Shown: one piece after another, positions 17,273-25,763 of the stretch
Layout of the letters: every line of letters starts with the position of its first letter
How positions within the stretch are numbered: position 1 is the stretch's first letter
DNA from: a virus
Lineage: Duplodnaviria > Caudoviricetes
Direction: 5' to 3' (one strand)
DNA length: 36,156 nucleotides
IMG/VR virus record: IMGVR_UViG_3300010052_000175
Location: 1 to 36,156 of that record
Translations under genes and position numbers: made by a program
The notes under the pieces: generated by a model
What the model was told of the DNA's origin: nothing
The model's input: the letters and a program-made list of their open reading frames with translations, nothing else
The model's database searches: none

Positions 17273-18598
17273 TTAGAGGCCGGTCACGTCGCAGAAGGCT
17301 GCCGGGCGGAACACCACCAGGGCGGCACGGATATCGCCGCGGACGGTGCGCTTGCCCTCGCCGAACTGGTTGCCGACGTAGCCGATCTGGATGTCGACGC
17401 CCGAGCGTTCGAAAGCACTGATCCAGGCCGGCTGGAACGAGCCGACCATGCCCGAGCCGGCCGCACGCGCATCGTTCTGGACGACGGGCAGCCCCCACAT
17501 GCGTTCCGGGCCGGCCTCGCTGGGCGAGCCCCAGATATAGATGCCGTCGGCGGTCCGCAGCAGCCGGACGTTCTGCCAGTCCGTGGGATGCATCACGTGG
17601 TGCGTCGGGATAGCCCGGCCGGTGACGCGAACCTTCGTCATCGACTTGAAGAAGGCATCAGGCACCGGGTCGGCGGCCTTGGCCTGCGTTTGGATGCCGA
17701 CAACGTTCACGAGGCCGCGCAGGTTGGGCGCGGTGCCATCGCCGACATAGACCTGCGTGTCGAAGCGCTGCCGCAGGCCGAAGATCAGCCGGCCGTTGAC
17801 GTAACCCTGCATCATGGGAACGTCTTCGAACTGCTCGTCGGTCACGGGCAGGCTGTCGGTGATCTTGCGCACGTCGGACGACTTCTCGGTGAAGGCGAAC
17901 GTGCTCTCGGCATAGGCCGCACCTTCGGCCTTCTCGGCCGCGGCATGGGTGCGGGTGGTTTCCTCCATGTACTTGATCGCCGCCTGGCTGGTCGGGCTGA
18001 TCGGGATGATGTCGAGCAACTGGATCGGGCGCGTCGCAGCTTCAACGAAGCCCGGCAGACGCAGGCTCTCGGGAGCGAACCCTGCAGCGGTCGACATCAG
18101 CGCCTTGCTGCCGAAGGTCTCGTAGCCCATCGCCTTGGCGATCAGGTCGGAGGGCATCACGTCCCAGGAGAAGTCGATGCCGCCAGGGGTGCCGCGCCTC
18201 ACCCAGTCCTCGTAAGCCTTCTCCTCGGCCAACAGTTCGCCCAGGGACTTTACGCGCGGGCGTTCCCGCTCGCCCTTCTGCCCTAGCTGGGGAACATGGC
18301 CCCGAACCCGCTGCCGGTCGGCGTGATTGCCGGCGGCCTTCTCGCTCGCCTCGAGAGTTTCGACGTACTCGCCCAGCTCGTTGAGCTCGGCGTCCTTTTC
18401 GTTGATGCGCTTGGCGATATCGATGGTGTCGGTCAGGTTGCTGTCGCCGAGCACCGACTTCAGCGTGTCCTTGCTGATCAGCTTGAAATCGTACTTGCCG
18501 TCAGAGTCCTTGGCCTCGGCAAACACCTTGCCGAGTTCATCCTGCCTGGCGGCCATCTTTTCGCGCGCCTCGGTCAGGGTGAGGGTGAGCTTGGGCAT
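17273..18598 (-). CDS. major capsid protein, HK97 family, with N-terminal delta domain
   Basis: AEGAAYAES, VYVGDGTAPNLRG, VMHPTDWQNVRLLRTADGIYI, MWGLPVV, FRPAAF; RBS AGGAGG. Confidence 0.96.
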   Translation of the reverse strand: MPKLTLTLTEAREKMAARQDELGKVFAEAKDSDGKYDFKLISKDTLKSVLGDSNLTDTIDIAKRINEKDAELNELGEYVETLEASEKAAGNHADRQRVRGHVPQLGQKGERERPRVKSLGELLAEEKAYEDWVRRGTPGGIDFSWDVMPSDLIAKAMGYETFGSKALMSTAAGFAPESLRLPGFVEAATRPIQLLDIIPISPTSQAAIKYMEETTRTHAAAEKAEGAAYAESTFAFTEKSSDVRKITDSLPVTDEQFEDVPMMQGYVNGRLIFGLRQRFDTQVYVGDGTAPNLRGLVNVVGIQTQAKAADPVPDAFFKSMTKVRVTGRAIPTHHVMHPTDWQNVRLLRTADGIYIWGSPSEAGPERMWGLPVVQNDARAAGSGMVGSFQPAWISAFERSGVDIQIGYVGNQFGEGKRTVRGDIRAALVVFRPAAFCDVTGL

Positions 18599-18687
18599 AT
18601 CGCCCCTCCTAGCTTCCGTTGATCCATGGCCAGGGCGATCCGCGCTGATGGCCGAACAGGCCTCGCGTCAGCGCGGGCCGTGGATCG

Positions 18688-18737
18688 AAAGCTAGGGGTG
18701 GCGGTGGTGGGGAAACATCGACGTGGCTGCGCGGGTG
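18688..18737 (-). promoter_or_regulatory. late promoter copy 2 (capsid operon)
   Basis: CACCCGCGC-N5-CGTCGATGTTTC-N17-TAGCTT, followed by a long leader hairpin 18621-18686. Confidence 0.8.
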
Positions 18738-18837
18738 GGTCGATCAGCGCAGCGCGAAGGCGTGCCAAGGCATGCCTCAACCCGGCATCGAACACAAGCG
18801 CGATGCAGGATCGGACGATGGCCGTCGCTCCGATGGG

Positions 18838-18861
18838 GATTTGACAGCCGATTTGACAGCC
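18838..18861. repeat. tandem 12-bp repeat GATTTGACAGCC x2 in central non-coding region
   Basis: Direct reading. Confidence 0.85.
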
Positions 18862-18940
18862 AGGACGGCGGCGAGCCCCGTCCCTGCGGACAAGCACACC
18901 AGCCGGCCGGTTGCCGGGCCGCTGCGCGCCCCTACGGTGA

Positions 18941-19303
18941 TTACCTCAAGAACCCCTCTCGGCGCAGCGCGTCCGTGGCGAGCATACGGATGGCATCGCC
19001 AGGCGCCGAGAGGCCCGTGTGCTTCTGGTAGAGCATCACGGCGGATGAGAAGTCGTCGGCAGCATCGTCACGCAATGGACGGGCTGCTGCTAGCGCGGGG
19101 GGAGCCGCTGGTGCTTTGGCCTTCGCGACTTTCTCGCGTCGGCTGGGACGGTCTCGGTAGTGAACGACCACGCGCCGGCCTCCACCGAAGACCAGCATAA
19201 TCACGCCGAAAAGCATGAACCACACGCCGATGAACCATCCGACGATGGTCAGCACCAGGATGAGCCCGATGAGGAAGAGGATGGCCCCAAGAAGTCGCAG
19301 CAC
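18941..19303 (-). CDS. membrane protein co-oriented with repressor; possible RHH-like C-terminus
   Basis: About 40-aa hydrophobic hairpin, Pro/Ala linker, C-terminal SAPGDAIRMLATDALRREGFL. Confidence 0.75.
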   Translation of the reverse strand: MLRLLGAILFLIGLILVLTIVGWFIGVWFMLFGVIMLVFGGGRRVVVHYRDRPSRREKVAKAKAPAAPPALAAARPLRDDAADDFSSAVMLYQKHTGLSAPGDAIRMLATDALRREGFLR

Positions 19304-19324
19304 CTGCCAACTACCCCCTCTTAC

Positions 19325-19999
19325 TCACGTATCCGAACCCACTGACTTCGCGGCGGCCTTGCGTGCTGCTTTCCTGATCTGTTGCCGCACCATGCGCTTC
19401 ACCGCATTCGGCGGAACTGTCCCTACAATCTCTCCGACCCATTCGATCCCGACCCCCTCGATTGTCCGCGCGTTCCAGCTCTCGAGATTGTAGGTGCCAC
19501 GAGCCATGCCGCGAGTAAGCCGCTTGAGATACCGCAGGCCGGCAGTAGTACGCACCACCACCCGCTGCCCGATGTAGTGATCGGTTGCCCGCACCTGGTC
19601 CCTCAAACACACGATGATTTCGCCTGGCTCATACACCGGCAGCTGAGACTCCCCCTCGATCTCAAATGCGACGACCGGATCGGAGTAAGCCATAGGGAGC
19701 TCCACCGTCTCATATCCACCTTCGGGTACCTGCTCGTACTCGACATCTATCTGAGCGCCGGCGCCCACACGTCCCATCAGCGGCGCGATGTTGCTGGCAC
19801 TGGGCTCCGTCTCCCGAGGAACCACTCGTGATTCGATGGCGAGCTGCCGGATGCGTTCCATAGTCCGGCCGCCAGGTTCGGAACCGCCATTCAGCCAACG
19901 CGAAATCGAGGACTGACCCGCCTCGAGTTCGTCAGCCAGCTCCTCCTGGGTCCAGCCCCGAGCGACCATAATTGCTTGCAGCACCGCGGATACATCCAT
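19325..19999 (-). CDS. cI: CI-like repressor, XRE HTH plus S24 peptidase
   Basis: WTQEELADELEAGQSSISRWLNG; VGAG cleavage site; EGESQ Ser and YLKRL Lys; start reassigned to MDVSAVL. Confidence 0.92.
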   Translation of the reverse strand: MDVSAVLQAIMVARGWTQEELADELEAGQSSISRWLNGGSEPGGRTMERIRQLAIESRVVPRETEPSASNIAPLMGRVGAGAQIDVEYEQVPEGGYETVELPMAYSDPVVAFEIEGESQLPVYEPGEIIVCLRDQVRATDHYIGQRVVVRTTAGLRYLKRLTRGMARGTYNLESWNARTIEGVGIEWVGEIVGTVPPNAVKRMVRQQIRKAARKAAAKSVGSDT

Positions 20000-20005
20000 C
20001 CCGGA

Positions 20006-20095
20006 ATTATACGCATATGGATATCCACATCCCAATCCGAATTCAGAACTCCTTAGTGGACTGTTTATCCATTTGCGGGTATCCATATGTGGATG
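20006..20095. promoter_or_regulatory. divergent immunity region with three 16-bp operators (consensus TATCCATATGCGGATA) and leaderless cI promoter
   Basis: Copies at 20008-20023 (-), 20066-20081 and 20080-20095 (+); TATAAT 6 nt before cI ATG. Confidence 0.8.
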
Positions 20096-20305
20096 AACAA
20101 GCTCCGTCATATCCGCGTCGCCATATTCAGCGTCACTCAGGTCGAGATGGCCGGCATCGCCGGCGTGCGGCAAGCCACGATCTCCCGCTGGGAAAACGAC
20201 GACTGCGCTCCTTCCCTTCCCGCTCTCAAGCGCATCCGAAAGGAAGCGCGCCGCCGTCGCCTCAAATGGGATGACGCGTGGTTCTTCGACGAGGTGGCGG
20301 CGTGA
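20093..20305 (+). CDS. cro: Cro-like XRE HTH regulator (alternative start 20087)
   Basis: VTQVEMAGIAGVRQATISRWE; divergent from cI. Confidence 0.88.
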   Translation: MNKLRHIRVAIFSVTQVEMAGIAGVRQATISRWENDDCAPSLPALKRIRKEARRRRLKWDDAWFFDEVAA

Positions 20306-20310
20306 CCTGT

Positions 20311-20559
20311 TCATTGCCCATCACTTTGCGGCAGCTTCTTCCGCAATCCGTGTTGCAGATCTCGGGCCGTCGACTGGGGCATCACCAGGCGCGCCACTAT
20401 GCGGCGCTCGGGGCCGTGGATTTCGGGGGCCATGTCGGTCGCATGAGCCACCCAGCCGGTGAGGCGGATGTACTCGGCCGTGCCGTCGATCGTCACAGCG
20501 GTGACGAACAGGTCGGGGACCGGCCGGGGTTCAGTGGTACGCGCTTTCTTCTTACTCAT
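20311..20559 (-). CDS. antisense hypothetical protein (82 aa) between cro and cII-like
   Basis: PDLFVTAVTI...IRLTGWV...IVARLVMPQSTARDL reads as beta-beta-beta-alpha protein; fills the gap. Confidence 0.65.
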   Translation of the reverse strand: MSKKKARTTEPRPVPDLFVTAVTIDGTAEYIRLTGWVAHATDMAPEIHGPERRIVARLVMPQSTARDLQHGLRKKLPQSDGQ

Positions 20560-20594
20560 GGGCCGGGACCTAACCACGGCCTTCAGCAGGGCGC

Positions 20595-21068
20595 TTGTCA
20601 GAAATGATCGGCGACGCTGACAAGAGGCGCGACCCGTTCGCCTGGGAGCCCCCGCAGGTCACTGTCGGATACGCCGACGAGGTGGCCGGCAAGGGTCCGC
20701 TGGCAAACCGCATCGCCCGGCTGATCTCTCGAGCCCTGCGTGATGCTCGCGACGATCGCGGGCTGAGCCGGGCGGAGATCGCCCACCGCATGACTGGCGA
20801 GTTGGGGCGCAAGGTCACCGAGGACATCCTCGACAAATGGGCCTCCGAAGCCAGCGAGAACCACCGCATCCCGCTCGATGCCTTCATTGCACTCGTCGAC
20901 GCCACCGGCGCGCACGAGCTGCTCGGTTTCATTCCCGAACTACTGGGGTTTGTCGTCGTGCCTAAGCGCTACAAAGCTCTCATCGACCTGCAGCTGCTCG
21001 AAGCTCACGAGCAAGAGGTTGCCGCCCACAAGGCCCGGATACTGGCCGACGTGAGGGCGCAGCGATGA
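20595..21068 (+). CDS. CII-like HTH regulator
   Basis: LSRAEIAHRMT...ILDKWASEASENHRIP. Confidence 0.75.
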   Translation: MSEMIGDADKRRDPFAWEPPQVTVGYADEVAGKGPLANRIARLISRALRDARDDRGLSRAEIAHRMTGELGRKVTEDILDKWASEASENHRIPLDAFIALVDATGAHELLGFIPELLGFVVVPKRYKALIDLQLLEAHEQEVAAHKARILADVRAQR

Positions 21069-22021
21069 GCAAGAAGCCCCTCACTATCGCCCTCGGCGAT
21101 ATCGACGTGAACGGCCGGCTGCTGCCTCTGCGGGAGGAAGTCGCCCAGGAACTCGCCGCCAGCATGGCGCTGCACGATCAGGCATTCCACCCCATCGGCA
21201 TCCGCCAGACGCCCAACGGCGCGAAGGGCTGGAAGCTCATCTTCGGGCGCCACCGGCTTCGCGCGTTCGAGATCCTCGGCATCGAACAGTTGCAGGAAGG
21301 CGCGCACTTCAGCGTCCTGGCCATGTCGGAACAACAGGCGCTCCTCGCCGAGATCGAGGAGAACCTCGCGGGTGGCAAGCACTCGCATTTCGCCCGGGCG
21401 GTGATGGTCACCGCGTACCGGACGGCCTGCGAGGCCGATGGCCTGCAGCTCGGCCGCGGCGGTGACCGCAAGTCGGCGGAGTTCCAGGCGAAGAAGGGCG
21501 AGAGCCTCGGTGCGCTGGTAGCCGGGTTCACCGCCCACGCCATGGATACCTTCGACCTGTCGCACGACCAGGTGAAGCGACTGCTCCAGATCGGCACCGC
21601 GCTGACCAAACCAGACGGCCTCGCCGAGCGACTTCACCGCTCCAAGATCGCCCGCAACCAGAGCCAGTTGCTCAAGCTTGCGGCTTTGCCCGAGGAGCAG
21701 CTGGCGCGCGGGGCCGAGGCCTTCGACGCTGCCCAGGGCGACTTCTTCGCGTTGATGACGATCCTCGCCAAGGACCCGGCTGCCCAGACCAAGGCGCTGA
21801 AGAAGCTCGGCGCCGGCACGCCGATCAAGGAAGTCGTTGGCGAGGAGCCTAAGCAGCAGGCGCCGGCCTTCGACCACTGGCAGCAGGCGGTGTCGAGCTA
21901 CAGCCAGCTCGATTTCAAGGGGCGCGTTACCGCCACGGTCGAGCACTTCAAGCAGGACGAGAAGGCCATCCGAGCCGCGCTCAACTCGCTCGGGTTCGAC
22001 CTGGTGAGGGTCCGGTCATGA
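21065..22021 (+). CDS. ParB N-terminal domain protein
   Basis: HPIGIR...LIFGRHRLRA, EIEENL, RGGDRKS. Confidence 0.85.
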   Translation: MSKKPLTIALGDIDVNGRLLPLREEVAQELAASMALHDQAFHPIGIRQTPNGAKGWKLIFGRHRLRAFEILGIEQLQEGAHFSVLAMSEQQALLAEIEENLAGGKHSHFARAVMVTAYRTACEADGLQLGRGGDRKSAEFQAKKGESLGALVAGFTAHAMDTFDLSHDQVKRLLQIGTALTKPDGLAERLHRSKIARNQSQLLKLAALPEEQLARGAEAFDAAQGDFFALMTILAKDPAAQTKALKKLGAGTPIKEVVGEEPKQQAPAFDHWQQAVSSYSQLDFKGRVTATVEHFKQDEKAIRAALNSLGFDLVRVRS

Positions 22022-22155
22022 TCTCGAACCGCTTCCTGCTGATCGGCCTCTACGCCGTCGTTGCCGCCTTAGCCCTCATCGTCATCGCCGATGACGGCAT
22101 GGCTTCTTGCCAATCCCTTCACAGTTTCGATGTGTGCCATGACAGCCTCCATTGA
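22018..22155 (+). CDS. 45-aa single-pass membrane protein MISNRFLLIGLYAVVAALALIVIADDGMASCQSLHSFDVCHDSLH
   Basis: ATGA coupling to parB-like gene; TM helix plus two Cys; not in ORF track. Confidence 0.65.
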   Translation: MISNRFLLIGLYAVVAALALIVIADDGMASCQSLHSFDVCHDSLH

Positions 22156-24055
22156 GTGGTTCAGCCTCGACGACGCCGCCGCGGCCGGCGATCCGACCAT
22201 GCCCGCCACCGCGCGCGGCTGGGGCAAGATCGTCGCGGCAGAGGGCTGGCGCGATCGCGAGGACCGCGCTCGTCGCGAGGGTAAGGGCTGGGTCTACCAC
22301 CTGACCCTGTTCCCTGCTTCGACGCAGGTTCGGCTTCTCCTGGCCGCTCAACCCGTGCAGCAGCCGGCGCCGGTGCGCTCGCCACTCTGGCAGCGTTATG
22401 ACGCGCTGACTGATGAGCATAAGCGGACCTGTGCGGATCGCCTGCAGGCGGTAACCGCGGCCCGCCGCCTGATGGACACCGGCATGACGCTGGTTGCCGC
22501 CGCAGCGCTGGCCGCGACCGATGCCGGCGTCTCGACCTCGACCTTGCGCAATTGGCTTGCGGCGGTGCGCAGCCACAACCGTGCCGACTGGCTCGCCGCC
22601 CTGGCACCGGAGTACCGGCCCACCGCGCAATTCGCCGAGTGCCATCCCGAAGCCTGGGCAGCGCTCAAGTCCGACTACCTGCGGCCGGGCGAGCCGGGTT
22701 TCTCAGCCTGCTATCGCCGCATGGTCACCGCCGCTGCCCGACTGGGCTGGGCGCCCATCCCGAGCGAAATGGCGTTGCGGCGCCGGCTCAACGCCGAAGT
22801 GCCGGCAGCCGTCATCACGCTGTCCCGCAAGGGCGCCGACAACGCCAAGGCCATCTATCCCGCCCAGCGCCGCACCCGCATGAACCTGCGCGCCATGACG
22901 CTGGTGAACATCGACGGCCACCGCTTCGACGTGTTCGTGCGCAAGCCCAACGGCAACGGCGCGCCGTTCCGGCCGACGCTAGTCGCCATCCAGGACATCT
23001 ACTCCGGCAAGTTCGTCGGCTGGCGTCTCGACGAAACCGAGAGCCGGGTGTCAGTGCGCCTCGCCATCGGCGACATGGTCGAGAAGTTCGGCATCCCCGA
23101 GCACATGATCCTCGACAACGGCCGAGGCTTCGCCAGCAAGTGGATCACTGGCGGCACCGCCAACCGTTACCGGTTCAAGGTGCGGGACGACGAACCCCAG
23201 GGACTGCTGACCAATCTTGGCGTGGCCGTCCATTGGGCCACCCCGTATCACGGTCAGGCCAAGCCGATCGAACGCGCCTGGCGCGACTTCTGCGAGGACA
23301 TCGCGAAGCACCCGTTCTGCGCCGGCGCCTACACCGGGCCGAACCCCATGGCCAAACCCGAGGACTACGGCACACGGGCGATCGAATGGGACGCCTTCAA
23401 AGCGTTCGTCGACGGTCAGATTGCCGAGCACAATGCTCGTGTCGGTCGCAAGTCCGAGACGGCCAAAGGCCGCAGCTTCGATCAGACCTTTGCCGAGTCG
23501 CTTGCGCTACCCGACACCATCGTCCGCTGGCCGACCGCGGAACAGCGCGACCTCTGGCTGTTGATGGCCGAGGAGATTACCGCCCAGCGCGGCAACGGCG
23601 AGATCCATTTGCTCGGCAACCGGTACTGGTCGCCTGCAATGGTCGAGTTCGCCGGCCGCAAGGTGCACGTTCGGTTCGACCCCGACGATCTGTCTCGCGA
23701 CATCAAGGTCTACGACCGCAAGGGGCGGCTGCTCACCACGGCGCAGGCCATCGGTGATGTCGACTTCCTCGACGCCAACGCGGCTCAGCTCCACGCCCGC
23801 CAGCGCGGCGAGTTCCAGAAGACCCAACGCAAGCTCCGCGACCTGCACGTGACGATGAAGCCCGAGCAGCTGGGCGAGCTCTACGCACCCACGGCCAAGC
23901 CCGACGTGAAGCCGCAGCGGCCTGCCGTTACCCGGCTCGCCACGCGCGGCAATGCTGCCCTCAAGGCGCAGCCCGATTGGACCCCCGAACACGAGGACAG
24001 CTTCGGCGCTGTCGTCGACCTGATTTCCCAGCGCACCGCCCGACGCGGGGCCTGA
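22139..24055 (+). CDS. MuA-like DDE transposase
   Basis: N-terminal Mu DNA-binding EWFS...GWVYH; NIDGH / LDNGRGF / AKPIER catalytic triad; VRFDPDDL C-terminal domain. Confidence 0.96.
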   Translation: MTASIEWFSLDDAAAAGDPTMPATARGWGKIVAAEGWRDREDRARREGKGWVYHLTLFPASTQVRLLLAAQPVQQPAPVRSPLWQRYDALTDEHKRTCADRLQAVTAARRLMDTGMTLVAAAALAATDAGVSTSTLRNWLAAVRSHNRADWLAALAPEYRPTAQFAECHPEAWAALKSDYLRPGEPGFSACYRRMVTAAARLGWAPIPSEMALRRRLNAEVPAAVITLSRKGADNAKAIYPAQRRTRMNLRAMTLVNIDGHRFDVFVRKPNGNGAPFRPTLVAIQDIYSGKFVGWRLDETESRVSVRLAIGDMVEKFGIPEHMILDNGRGFASKWITGGTANRYRFKVRDDEPQGLLTNLGVAVHWATPYHGQAKPIERAWRDFCEDIAKHPFCAGAYTGPNPMAKPEDYGTRAIEWDAFKAFVDGQIAEHNARVGRKSETAKGRSFDQTFAESLALPDTIVRWPTAEQRDLWLLMAEEITAQRGNGEIHLLGNRYWSPAMVEFAGRKVHVRFDPDDLSRDIKVYDRKGRLLTTAQAIGDVDFLDANAAQLHARQRGEFQKTQRKLRDLHVTMKPEQLGELYAPTAKPDVKPQRPAVTRLATRGNAALKAQPDWTPEHEDSFGAVVDLISQRTARRGA

Positions 24056-24065
24056 GAAAACGAAT

Positions 24066-24099
24066 GGCCCTCTCAGCTCGGCCAGGAGCTGGGAGGGCC
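24066..24099. terminator. 14-bp hairpin between A and B genes
   Basis: GGCCCTCTCAGCTC-GGCCAG-GAGCTGGGAGGGCC; U-rich tail only on - strand. Confidence 0.6.
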
Positions 24100-24130
24100 G
24101 GAAGTCAACCGTAACAAGAAGGACAACTAG

Positions 24131-25120
24131 ATGACCACTGAAGCAATCGCAAGCCACGGCAACGGGCGAAGCACAGAGGACATGCGCCGCCGCGAGGCGC
24201 TGCTGGTGCAGGTCAACCAGGTGATGGCCGAGCGCGGCTGGGCCAAGGCCGAGGCCGCTCGCCGGTCGGGCGTCGGTCACGGCACCTTCAGCCAGTGGCA
24301 CTCCGGCACCTACGCCGGCCGGTTCGACAGCGTGAATGAGCGCATCGCCACCTGGCTCGGCAATCTCGACCAGGTCGAGGAGGTCGCGGCCAGCGTCCCG
24401 GTGAGTCCCGGCTACTTGCAGCTCGGCTTCTCGATCGAGGTCGAACGCATGCTGTCGGTCGCCCAAGTGATGGGCACGATGGTGATGGTCACGGCCGAGG
24501 CCGGTGTCGGCAAGACCTTCGCGGGTCGCGAGTACATCCGTACCCACGCCAACGCCCACTTGGTGACGATCTCTCCGCACACCCGCACCATTCACAACAT
24601 GCTGGCCGAGATCGCCGCGACCATCGGCGTCGAGGAACGGAGCGCATCGCGGCTGGTGCGGGCTATTGCACGCCGGCTGCAGCGCACCGGCGACGGGACT
24701 CTCTTGGTGATCGACGAGGCTCAGAACCTCAATGACGATGCAATCAACCAGCTGCGCCACTTCGTTGACGATCCAGCGTGTCGGTGCGGAGTCGCGTTGC
24801 TCGGTAACTCGGCGACCTATGCCCGGCTCTCGCAGTGGGGCAAGGGCGAGAAGTACGGCCAGCTGACGCGACGCATCTTCAAGCGCATCAAGCTGGACCG
24901 TCCGACCGCCGACGATCTCGCCACCTTCATTGAAGGCTGGGGCATCACTGAGCCTTCGCAGGTCGAGTACCTGATGGGCGTGGGCATGAAGCCGGGCGCG
25001 CTCGGGCAGGTCGATATGACCATCAAGCTCGCCCGCATGGTCGCCCAGGGAGCCGGCCGCGCACTCACCCTCGCCGATTTGCGCGGCGCCTGGTCCAACC
25101 GCGATGTGGAGCTGGGTTGA
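24131..25120 (+). CDS. MuB-like AAA+ transposition ATPase
   Basis: N-terminal HTH, Walker A AEAGVGKT, Walker B LLVIDEAQ, QLTRRI; follows MuA. Confidence 0.95.
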   Translation: MTTEAIASHGNGRSTEDMRRREALLVQVNQVMAERGWAKAEAARRSGVGHGTFSQWHSGTYAGRFDSVNERIATWLGNLDQVEEVAASVPVSPGYLQLGFSIEVERMLSVAQVMGTMVMVTAEAGVGKTFAGREYIRTHANAHLVTISPHTRTIHNMLAEIAATIGVEERSASRLVRAIARRLQRTGDGTLLVIDEAQNLNDDAINQLRHFVDDPACRCGVALLGNSATYARLSQWGKGEKYGQLTRRIFKRIKLDRPTADDLATFIEGWGITEPSQVEYLMGVGMKPGALGQVDMTIKLARMVAQGAGRALTLADLRGAWSNRDVELG

Positions 25121-25416
25121 TGGCTACCACCTTGCAGCAGGCAACCCTCTCGGACGGCCTTGAGGCGCTGATCGAGAAGATCGAGCCCACTACCAGGACC
25201 GGCCTCGTCTGGACCCGCGCTGACGTAGCGGTGCTACTCACCGGCCTGCGCCTCATGCGTGACGAGGCCCGCCACCTGGAGACGATCGTCGACCGAGCGC
25301 GATGGAACGACAAGGCACGGCGCGAGGCCCTGGAGGGCGGGATCGCCGATGGCATCGTGACGGTCCTGCCGATCGTGCGCCGGCCTTCCCTGTCGCCGGA
25401 AGGCGGTGCGGCATGA
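25120..25416 (+). CDS. hypothetical protein
   Basis: Coupled early-operon ORF. Confidence 0.7.
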   Translation: MATTLQQATLSDGLEALIEKIEPTTRTGLVWTRADVAVLLTGLRLMRDEARHLETIVDRARWNDKARREALEGGIADGIVTVLPIVRRPSLSPEGGAA

Positions 25417-25763
25417 GCAACGTCGTCGCCTTCAACCTCGACACCGCCGGGGGGATGGATCGCCTCACCGATCTGCTTACGTCTCCCGACTCTTACGTGG
25501 CTTGCCTGGGACGGGCGTTCGCCTCGCCGATCGGCACCGCATTGCAAGACTGGCTGCAGGCTGAAACTGAGCGGGGCACAGACCGGGTGCTGTTGCTGGA
25601 AGTGGTTTGCAACCTCAGCGTGCAGCACGTCGCAAGTGTCGCAGCACACGCCTTGAAGCCGACCGGTGATGACGCGGCTAAGGCGTTGCTGGCCGGCATC
25701 GTCGAGACCCGTCTGCCCACCTACATCGCGTCGATCCGCGCCATGAAAGGTGGTGCGAAATGA
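25413..25763 (+). CDS. hypothetical protein (MSNVVAFNL...)
   Basis: ATGA coupling on both sides. Confidence 0.7.
   Translation: MSNVVAFNLDTAGGMDRLTDLLTSPDSYVACLGRAFASPIGTALQDWLQAETERGTDRVLLLEVVCNLSVQHVASVAAHALKPTGDDAAKALLAGIVETRLPTYIASIRAMKGGAK

Noticed and set aside
17081-18286. 401-aa + ORF opposite capsid, and similar long overlapping ORFs over MuA and MuB
   Set aside because: Shadow or alternate-frame ORFs with Arg/Pro/Gly-rich composition typical of high GC
18699-18709. 11-nt match TGGCGGTGGTG between ncRNA P2 arm (1820-1830) and the capsid promoter spacer as an antisense target
   Set aside because: Short, GC-rich and upstream of the predicted TSS; compatible with chance
18841-18858. 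Two TTGACA hexamers as rightward -35 boxes
   Set aside because: No -10-like hexamer 16-18 nt downstream of either
20000-20314. 105-aa N-terminal extension of cI in the ORF track
   Set aside because: Overlaps cro and the operators; the HTH begins right after ATG 19999, which has its own -10
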